This document shows positions 26,425 to 32,000 of a DNA stretch of 32,000 bases, in pieces. The notes under the pieces are model-generated. The model was given only the letters and a program-made list of their open reading frames with translations. It was not told the origin of the DNA and searched no databases. Position 1 is the first letter of the stretch; each line of letters starts with the position of its first letter. The DNA is from Candidatus Saccharimonadota bacterium (GTDB lineage: Bacteria; Patescibacteriota; Microgenomatia; UBA1406; GWC2-37-13). Location of the stretch: the NCBI GenBank assembly GCA_016700135.1, contig CP065004.1:330001-362000 (forward strand). Direction: 5' to 3'. The translations under genes were made by a program, and so were the position numbers.

Positions 26425-27053
26425 ATAACAAACAACATAACCAGAACCAGCTTTCTAACAAGATTTTTATAACAAAAACCAGACCCTCTTATAAGAAAAA
26501 AACGGAGGAGGTTACTCTTAAGTCATCTCGTAAGCCCAAGCCGAGCCATGTCCCAAAATCTTTTGAGGAAGTAATTCCTCAGTTAATAGGTGAATCCGAG
26601 GCTCAATATAAAAACCTTCAGCTTTATTGTGAGGCTGGCAGTCTTGTAAAACTACGCGCCAAACTTGCCGCACTAGCCAATAACAAACAAGCGCCTTTTT
26701 TTACCAGGAGAGGAGGACTACCATACCGCAGAACACTTGACCGCTGGTGTTGTAGGTTTCGCTGGGTTAAAAGGAAGGAAAAATGGACGAGGGAACAATG
26801 TAAGGAAACATACTTCTGGTTTACAGATCAAAGGCGCAACAACCCATCGTTTTTAATGGCGGTAAAGTTACGCCAAAGATACACCAAGGCTACACCAAAA
26901 AACGGCGGTGAGAATTCTCCAATACTACCCCAAAACTTCTCCAGAAACGACGGCAATGGGTCGGCAGTAGTTCGGCAGAATGACGGCAGAAATAGGACAA
27001 ATAGTGGGCAGAATAGGGATGAAATTAACAACAATTCAAAGCTAAAACTATGA
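26421..27053 (+). CDS. hypothetical basic protein (210 aa)
   Basis: Its start overlaps the upstream stop (ATGA). RTLDRWCCRFRWVKRKEKW resembles HTH tails of phage/plasmid DNA-binding proteins, but the similarity is weak. Confidence 0.5.
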   Translation: MNNKQHNQNQLSNKIFITKTRPSYKKKTEEVTLKSSRKPKPSHVPKSFEEVIPQLIGESEAQYKNLQLYCEAGSLVKLRAKLAALANNKQAPFFTRRGGLPYRRTLDRWCCRFRWVKRKEKWTREQCKETYFWFTDQRRNNPSFLMAVKLRQRYTKATPKNGGENSPILPQNFSRNDGNGSAVVRQNDGRNRTNSGQNRDEINNNSKLKL

Positions 27054-27183
27054 AAAATCTAATCTTGCAAAAAATATCACTGAAACAAAGATTCTCGTAT
27101 ATAACACACTACATACGAGAAGAAGGGCATCTCTGTTTGATATTCCCTAAAAGTTTCTTTATGTTGTGTGTTGCAAAATTACT

Positions 27184-28791
27184 ATGAAAACTGCCATATT
27201 CTGCCGTGTCAGCTCAAAAGAACAAGAGGAGACAGGCTACTCCTTACCAGCCCAGGAGAAGTTCCTCAGAGAGTATGCCGAAAAACAAGGCTTAGAGGTC
27301 GGCAGGGTATTTGCTATTTCCGAGTCGGCTGCAGGCAAAATTCAGCGAAAAACCTTCAATGAGATGCTTGAGTTTGTCAGAAAGAAAAATATCTGCTCCA
27401 TCGTCGTTGAAACCACAGACAGGCTTACCAGAAACTTCTCCGATGTGCCAACCATCGACAAGTGGATCATGGAAGACGATCAACACCAAGTCCATTTGGC
27501 GAAAGAAGGCTGTGTGTTACACAACGCCTCCCGCTCTCACGAGTGGTTCATGTGGCGGGTAAAGGTAGCGACAGCCGAGTATTATGTCCGCTTGCTCTCC
27601 GAGAATGTAAAGAAAGGACAGAAAGAAAAGCTCGCCCAGGGTTGGATACCAACCAAGCCCCCACTAGGATATAAGACTGTTGGTGAGACTGGACACAAAA
27701 TCCACATCATAGACGAAGGCTCAGCACCCCTAGTGAGGAAAATGTTTGAACTATACGCCTCTGGTGACTACTCGATAAAGAGGCTGGCGCAAACCATGTA
27801 TGACGAGGGCATGCGCTCTCCACAAGGCAATAGGCTGGTTAATAGCCGTCTCCACTCCCTCTTACGAGATCCCTTTTACATCGGTAAAATAAGATGGAAC
27901 GACGAAATTCATGAAGGTAAACACCAGCCTTTGATTAGCAAAGAGCTGTTTGATAAAGTTCAGGCACTACTTGTGAGCAAAACAACACCCAAATACAACA
28001 AACACGACTACCTTTTCAAGGGAATGATCCGCTGTGCTGAGTGCGACGGCTTAATCACCTGGGAAATGCACCGAGGGCATCATTACGGACACTGCAATCA
28101 TTATCACGCCTGCACCCAGGAAGGCTGGGTTAAAGAACCAGAGGTTGAAGAACAACTACTTTCAGGCTTTGACGGATTGAAACTTAAGAATAGCCGCATA
28201 GTCGATTGGCTCAAGAAAGCGCTCAAAGAAAGCCATCAGGACGAGATCGAATACCATAACAGCACTGTCGGCGAGCTACAAGCCCGCTACGAGGCAATTC
28301 AGAAGCGGATGGATAAGTTATACGACGATAAGCTGGATGAAAAGATTACCCCAGACTTTTATGCTAGGAAATTCAAGCAATACTCAGAGGAAAAAGACGA
28401 AGTCGCCGAATCAATGAAAAGGCACTCAACCGCCAGCACAGGCTACCTGAACCTGGGCATAAACCTCTATGAACTCTCTCAAAGAGCCAGGGAAATCTAT
28501 CTCCAAGCCAAAGCAAAAGACATGTTAGACGAGCAACGAGCCTTAATCAGACTGGTATTTGGCAAGTTGATACTTAATAACGGAAAACTCTCCTGGGAAT
28601 ACTCCAAAGCCTTCAAGATACTCTCCGAAGCGGTCAACGAGACTAATTGTTCGAAAGTGGATAAAATCGACGATTTTGAAAATGGGAAATTCGAACATCA
28701 CAAAAAGACCGATGTTGCGGGGCAAAAGGGCAATTTGTTGCCCGCTCGTCCCATCTGGCTCCCCGACGTGGATTCGAACCACGAACCTTGA
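27184..28791 (+). CDS. large serine recombinase (integrase)
   Basis: It has the catalytic N-terminus AIFCRVSSKEQ, DRLTRN, a recombinase domain and the Zn ribbon CAECDG...HCNHYHAC, followed by a coiled-coil. The last 23 codons or so run antisense through the tRNA-Asn terminator and 3' exon. Confidence 0.9.
   Translation: MKTAIFCRVSSKEQEETGYSLPAQEKFLREYAEKQGLEVGRVFAISESAAGKIQRKTFNEMLEFVRKKNICSIVVETTDRLTRNFSDVPTIDKWIMEDDQHQVHLAKEGCVLHNASRSHEWFMWRVKVATAEYYVRLLSENVKKGQKEKLAQGWIPTKPPLGYKTVGETGHKIHIIDEGSAPLVRKMFELYASGDYSIKRLAQTMYDEGMRSPQGNRLVNSRLHSLLRDPFYIGKIRWNDEIHEGKHQPLISKELFDKVQALLVSKTTPKYNKHDYLFKGMIRCAECDGLITWEMHRGHHYGHCNHYHACTQEGWVKEPEVEEQLLSGFDGLKLKNSRIVDWLKKALKESHQDEIEYHNSTVGELQARYEAIQKRMDKLYDDKLDEKITPDFYARKFKQYSEEKDEVAESMKRHSTASTGYLNLGINLYELSQRAREIYLQAKAKDMLDEQRALIRLVFGKLILNNGKLSWEYSKAFKILSEAVNETNCSKVDKIDDFENGKFEHHKKTDVAGQKGNLLPARPIWLPDVDSNHEP
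28724..28743 (-). terminator. intrinsic terminator of tRNA-Asn
   Basis: The minus strand reads GGGCAA-CAAA-TTGCCC followed by TTTTG, starting 12 nt after the encoded CCA. Confidence 0.5.
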
Positions 28792-29052
28792 AGTTACATG
28801 TAATCTCTGTGTTTCCACAAAGCATGGACTATATCTTTACCTTTTCTCCTAAGAGATGAAGGTAGTGGGCGCTTTCCGCCAACTGGCGGAGGTGTACTCA
28901 CCTAGTCTCTGCACCTTGTCCGATAATTATCGAACCTTGGCTCAGTATTACCATTTCAGGCTTCACTGAATTCACCCACTTTTCCATTCAGTATTTCTAC
29001 TGAAGGCTGCGATCTTTCACAGCTTCCTGCTCTACCGTTGAGCTATCGGGGA
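28756..29052 (-). tRNA. tRNA-Asn(GUU) interrupted by a group I intron
   Basis: The exons are 29052-29019 and 28796-28756. Joined, they form a 75-nt cloverleaf. It has a 7-bp acceptor stem TCCCCGA/TCGGGGA with U1-A72, discriminator G73 and an encoded CCA. Its D arm is GCTC-AACGGTA-GAGC, its anticodon loop CUGUUAA, and its T arm CGTGG-TTCGAAT-CCACG. Confidence 0.85.
28797..29018 (-). ncRNA. group I intron (IC3-like, ORF-less, 222 nt)
   Basis: The 5' splice site follows a U that sits in a U-G pair of P1 (GCUGU|G with CGCAGC), and the intron ends in G. The core strings ACTGAGCCAAGG, AAGGTGCAGAGACTAGG and GGTAAAGATATAGTCC parallel the Azoarcus tRNA-Ile and Anabaena tRNA-Leu introns. P7 is GACTA/TAGTC. 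Confidence 0.85.
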
Positions 29053-29060
29053 TCGTGTTT

Positions 29061-29117
29061 CATTCCTGCTCTACCTCCGCCTTCGCCAGCTGGCGAATGG
29101 CGGAGAGCTATCGTGGA
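29061..29117 (-). repeat. tRNA-Asn 5'-half copy B with a nested palindrome replacing the D-loop
   Basis: The minus strand reads TCCACGATAGCTC [TCCGCC A TTCGCCAGCTGGCGAA GGCGGA] GGTAGAGCAGGAATG. It lies 8 nt upstream of the genuine tRNA and contains the GIY-YIG stop codon. Confidence 0.8.
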
Positions 29118-29359
29118 ATGTATGTTTTAATGTGCTGCCTACCTCTATAACTTTTTAATTGTTTTTCTCTTCTCAAAGCATCTTGCCTTGTTTTACATGC
29201 TTCTTGATAGATCAATATCCATTCTCCATCATACCTACTTGTATATGAGCCTTTGAATATGCCTCTATTGTGCAAATCTATTCGCTCTTCAAGCTTTTCC
29301 GTCTGTCCGATGTAAATCTTATCATGCTTTTTATTGTATAAAGCATAGACAAAAAACAT
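29108..29359 (-). CDS. GIY-YIG (URI-domain) nuclease family protein, 83 aa
   Basis: FFVYALYNKKHDKIYIGQT (the GIY...YIG motif), followed by R..LHN and RREKQLK, typical of COG2827-type small GIY-YIG proteins. Confidence 0.85.
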   Translation of the reverse strand: MFFVYALYNKKHDKIYIGQTEKLEERIDLHNRGIFKGSYTSRYDGEWILIYQEACKTRQDALRREKQLKSYRGRQHIKTYIPR

Positions 29360-29364
29360 AATAA

Positions 29365-29408
29365 CATTCCTGCTCTACCTCCGCCGGCCGGCGGAGAGCT
29401 ATCGGGGA
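29365..29408 (-). repeat. tRNA-Asn 5'-half copy C with an 18-bp perfect palindrome replacing the D-loop
   Basis: The minus strand reads TCCCCGATAGCTC [TCCGCCGGCCGGCGGA] GGTAGAGCAGGAATG. Its AGGA serves as the SD for the GIY-YIG ATG 7 nt downstream. Confidence 0.8.
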
Positions 29409-29423
29409 TATTGATTGTAAAGT

Positions 29424-29456
29424 GCTTCCCAGACAGCATATTCTGCTATCGGGGAT
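29424..29456 (-). repeat. degenerate tRNA-Asn 5'-half copy D next to the promoter
   Basis: The minus strand reads ATCCCCGATAGC AGAATATGCTGTCTG GGAAGC. The 12-nt and 6-nt flanks are identical to the genuine tRNA, and the D arm differs. Confidence 0.65.
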
Positions 29457-29466
29457 GATAAGGGCT

Positions 29467-29493
29467 ATTATACCATTTTTCGCCTGATTTCAA
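29467..29493 (-). promoter_or_regulatory. extended -10 promoter (TGGTATAAT) driving copy D, copy C, GIY-YIG, copy B and tRNA-Asn
   Basis: On the minus strand TGGTATAAT is at 29467-29475 and TTGAAA at 29488-29493, with a short 15-nt spacer. Copy D starts 11 nt downstream of the -10, the usual spacing for a tRNA gene. Confidence 0.5.
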
Positions 29494-29533
29494 AACAAAA
29501 GAGATCCTGAATCGAGTTCAGTATGACAACAAC

Positions 29534-30112
29534 CTAGAAAGGCAACGTGAGCTCGGTCTGATCATTCCCTGAATCCTCCATATACTTTTGCCAGTCGACC
29601 GGAATGGATACTTTTCCCATTTCATTCATATAAAAGATTTCCTTGTTCTCAATGCCGTAATCAAAGAGCTTTTTTGTCACCATGACATCGTCAAGACAGT
29701 ATTTTTTCAACTCGTCCCACTTCCCTTCTTTGTAGTAGTCAATTGCCATCAGACCGTGACCGGTTTTCTTCTCATTCAGTGTGGCAAAAGCTACATCATT
29801 CAGACCGATACGACGTCCAATTTTCTCGCGGATCGAATCAAGAATATCAAATTGAGAAAGAGAATCCACTTTCCCAGGATAGTATGCCTGAAGGACCGGA
29901 AGATCAAAAGTCCGGCTATTGTAGCCGATGATGTATGATGCATTTTCCAGAAGCGGAAAGAGACTATTCAGTTCCTGCTCAGTAAATACCTGTCCTTTTT
30001 CCGTTGCATAATCATAAACCGCAACTACCGATATCCCCAGTTTCTGAGGATCATCAACTTCGCGGAACGTGTGTTTTGTCTCAAGATCAAGAATCAGCGG
30101 AAACTTAGACAT
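29534..30112 (-). CDS. DEDDh 3'-5' exonuclease (RNase T / DNA Pol III epsilon-like)
   Basis: Exo I LILDLET, Exo II IGYNSRTFDLPVL, Exo III HGLMAIDY...CLDDV. Confidence 0.8.
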   Translation of the reverse strand: MSKFPLILDLETKHTFREVDDPQKLGISVVAVYDYATEKGQVFTEQELNSLFPLLENASYIIGYNSRTFDLPVLQAYYPGKVDSLSQFDILDSIREKIGRRIGLNDVAFATLNEKKTGHGLMAIDYYKEGKWDELKKYCLDDVMVTKKLFDYGIENKEIFYMNEMGKVSIPVDWQKYMEDSGNDQTELTLPF

Positions 30113-30113
30113 A

Positions 30114-30515
30114 TCAGTTTATTTTCAGATTATTGTCTTTGATAATCTCAACTTCGAACATGTGTTTCGGACTTTCTTCAAAGTCAATCGATGCAATATT
30201 TGCCTTATTCAGCTGCTGCTGAAAGTTGAAACGAATATCATCAACCAGGCGATAAAATGCATCTTTCTCATCATCAGAAACGTTGTTGTATTCTTCGCGG
30301 AAAAACTCGTCCAGCTTTCCAAGACTCCACAAAGCATCGATAAAATCAAAATTGGAAAAGTCAAGTTCAGAGACATTCCCGGAAAGAGGACGAAGCTTAA
30401 AATTCATCATTCGTACTTCATGCATCATTTCCTGTGAAGCGGGTTTTTTCGACAGAATAGTCAGTTGAAAATCCCGTATTTTCTCGAACAAATCTGTTTT
30501 TTTCGGTGTTCTCAT
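30114..30515 (-). CDS. hypothetical protein (133 aa)
   Basis: The ORF is tightly packed, with its stop 1 nt before the exonuclease start. I recognised no motif. Confidence 0.55.
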   Translation of the reverse strand: MRTPKKTDLFEKIRDFQLTILSKKPASQEMMHEVRMMNFKLRPLSGNVSELDFSNFDFIDALWSLGKLDEFFREEYNNVSDDEKDAFYRLVDDIRFNFQQQLNKANIASIDFEESPKHMFEVEIIKDNNLKIN

Positions 30516-30531
30516 ACGGTATAATAGTGAA

Positions 30532-30969
30532 ATGATAAAACAAACAATACAGGCAGATCAGATCGCTGCAATGAAGGCTCACGATACCGACAAACTGCAG
30601 ACCTTACGTTATATTTTAGCACAGATAAAAAACAAAGAAATCGAAAAGAGAGAAGATCTTACAAATGAAGAAGCAGTCGATGTCTTGAGAAAAGAAAACA
30701 AGAAACTGCAGGAAGCCGCTGAGGCTTTCAAACAAGGCGGACGCGAAGACTTGGCAGCAGAAAACGCCAAACAGGCAGAAATCATAGCAGCCTACCTTCC
30801 CAAAGAATTATCTGATGACGAACTGAAAGCAAAGGTACAGGAAATTATCGCGCAAAATGAAGAAATGTTTAAAAAGAATCCGAATGCCATGATCGGCATG
30901 TGCATCGGACGGCTGAAATCAGAAGCTGAATCTTCACGAATCGCAGCGGTCGTAAAATCTCTTCAATAA
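30532..30969 (+). CDS. yqeY: GatB/YqeY domain protein
   Basis: IKQTIQADQIAAMKAHDTDKLQTLRYILAQIKNKEIE...AAYLPKELSDDEL is a typical YqeY sequence. Confidence 0.85.
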   Translation: MIKQTIQADQIAAMKAHDTDKLQTLRYILAQIKNKEIEKREDLTNEEAVDVLRKENKKLQEAAEAFKQGGREDLAAENAKQAEIIAAYLPKELSDDELKAKVQEIIAQNEEMFKKNPNAMIGMCIGRLKSEAESSRIAAVVKSLQ

Positions 30970-31044
30970 ATCTCATCCTGTGTTCCAATCTTTTTGTGGA
31001 TTGCTGTTTTCACGGGAATGACAGATTCGTGTTAAACTTTAGGT

Positions 31045-31377
31045 ATGCAACGTATCAAACGCCTGCTCCTTTATTTGCTTATTTTATTCTTTATCACTTC
31101 TCTCACAAGAAGTCTCATCGATTACGGGAAAAATCAGCAGTTTTATCAGGACTACAAGAATGAATACGAAAACGAAAAAAAACGGAATGTCGAGCTGAAA
31201 ACACAACTGGTAAAATCACAGGACATAAATGAATTTGAAAAAATCGTTCGCGACAAACTGAATCTTCATAAATCCAACGAGTATATTCTCGTAATCCCGA
31301 ACCCGACCCCCACCGTCCTCACGCCCACTCCCACACCGGTCCCGAACTATCAGCAATGGATAGACGTCTTCAAGTGA
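31045..31377 (+). CDS. septum formation initiator (FtsB/DivIC-like) protein
   Basis: It has an N-terminal TM segment, then a coiled-coil (NEYENEKKRNVELKTQL) and IVRDKLNL, plus a Pro/Thr-rich tail. Confidence 0.7.
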   Translation: MQRIKRLLLYLLILFFITSLTRSLIDYGKNQQFYQDYKNEYENEKKRNVELKTQLVKSQDINEFEKIVRDKLNLHKSNEYILVIPNPTPTVLTPTPTPVPNYQQWIDVFK

Positions 31378-31383
31378 TCCAAA

Positions 31384-31412
31384 TTGACAGATCAAGCTAA
31401 AATAGATATAAT
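31384..31412 (+). promoter_or_regulatory. perfect consensus sigma70-type promoter TTGACA-N17-TATAAT
   Basis: TTGACA is at 31384-31389 and TATAAT at 31407-31412, 39 nt upstream of the tRNA-Met gene. Confidence 0.65.
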
Positions 31413-31451
31413 TACTCATACTCGCTTGAGTGTAGACCCTTTCCGGGGTAG

Positions 31452-31521
31452 TGTACGGCTGCACAGGAGGCTCATAATCTCCTAGGCCAGGTTCAACTCC
31501 TGGCCCCGGAACAAGAAAATA
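31452..31521 (+). tRNA. tRNA with CAU anticodon (elongator Met or Ile2), CCA not encoded
   Basis: The acceptor stem is TCCGGGG/CCCCGGA and the D arm is GTGT-ACGGCT-GCAC. The anticodon arm is GGAGG-CTCATAA-TCTCC and the T arm is CCAGG-TTCAACT-CCTGG. The discriminator is A, followed by CA. It lacks initiator features. Confidence 0.8.
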
Positions 31522-31590
31522 TTGCTTCGCGGTGATCAAATTTGTTTTATAATATACTCAATAATTGTTTATTGATTACCGACAAACTTT

Positions 31591-32000
31591 ATGCTTCTCT
31601 CAATCGTTATTCCCGTTTACAACGAAAAAGACAATATTGCTCCTCTCCTTGAAAGACTTGTTCCGATAATTGAAAAGTTTGATTTTGAAATTTTATTCGT
31701 TAATGACGGATCACGTGACGGTACTCCGGAGATTATCAAAGAACATGCAAAAAAAGATAAACGAATCAAGCTTCTCTCCTTTAACCGCAATTTCGGCCAT
31801 CAGGCCGCACTTATTGCCGGTTATCGATTCGCCAAAGGTGATACGGTAGTCAGTATGGATGCAGACATGCAGGATCCTCCTGATATCATTCCTGAGATGG
31901 TCGAGAAGTGGAAAAGCGGTGCAAAAATCGTTTATGCAAAGCGGGAAAAGCGTGATGTAGACAGTCTTTTTAAGAAAATGACCGCAAAGCTTTTTTACCG
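31591..32000 (+). CDS. family 2 glycosyltransferase (polyprenyl-phosphate glycosyltransferase-like), 3' end outside the window
   Basis: My own translation gives MLLSIVIPVYNEKDNIAPLL...FVNDGSRDGT...SMDADMQDPP.... The frame is open to the window end and the ORF is not in the track. Confidence 0.85.
   Translation, partial: MLLSIVIPVYNEKDNIAPLLERLVPIIEKFDFEILFVNDGSRDGTPEIIKEHAKKDKRIKLLSFNRNFGHQAALIAGYRFAKGDTVVSMDADMQDPPDIIPEMVEKWKSGAKIVYAKREKRDVDSLFKKMTAKLFY

Noticed and set aside
28543-28825. Two minus-strand ORFs (91 and 60 aa) at the recombinase 3' end
   Set aside because: They overlap the recombinase coding region, the tRNA 3' exon and the intron 3' end, and are explained by those features.
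31216-31539. 107-aa minus-strand ORF
   Set aside because: It runs antisense through the FtsB-like gene, a consensus promoter and the tRNA(CAU) gene. Its GPGVEPGLGDYEPP stretch is just the antisense of the tRNA.
1-32000. CRISPR arrays, rRNA genes and long tandem repeats
   Set aside because: I saw no regularly spaced direct repeats and no rRNA-like conserved strings on either strand. The only repeat families are those at the IS ends and the tRNA-Asn locus.

Overview
This 32-kb bacterial window has small, tightly packed genes. It may come from a Patescibacteria/CPR-like genome, but that placement is low confidence. It has three parts.

(1) 1-13.1 kb is host backbone, almost all on the minus strand. 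It encodes a beta-CASP RNase, four VOC/glyoxalase-fold genes, a frameshifted MFS transporter, a DEAD-box helicase, a cytochrome b5-domain protein and an SRPBCC protein. It also encodes a NadR-like ATPase whose start is frameshifted, a Na+/Ca2+ exchanger, and a 559-aa membrane-anchored orphan protein whose 5' end is cut by an IS.

(2) About 13.16-28.7 kb is an accessory island. It opens with a 715-bp IS1595-family element with 15-bp terminal inverted repeats. Next comes an ArsR-controlled six-gene operon in which every product carries a vicinal cysteine pair, including an ArsP-like permease. This is followed by an HTH gene, a type III restriction-modification pair in res-then-mod order, and a convergent OLD-family ATPase-Toprim nuclease. 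A small replication/regulatory module and a large serine recombinase complete the island. The recombinase ORF runs antisense through the terminator and 3' exon of a tRNA.

(3) 28.75-32 kb starts with the most unusual locus. A tRNA-Asn(GUU) gene is split in its anticodon by a 222-nt group I (IC3-like) intron. Upstream lie three degenerate tandem copies of the tRNA 5' half. Two of them have the D-loop replaced by GC-rich, partly self-nested palindromes, and those two bracket a GIY-YIG nuclease gene. The whole array sits behind a single tRNA-type promoter. After it come a DEDDh exonuclease, YqeY, an FtsB-like gene, a consensus promoter with tRNA-Met(CAU), and a partial GT2 glycosyltransferase.

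No rRNA genes and no CRISPR array were seen.
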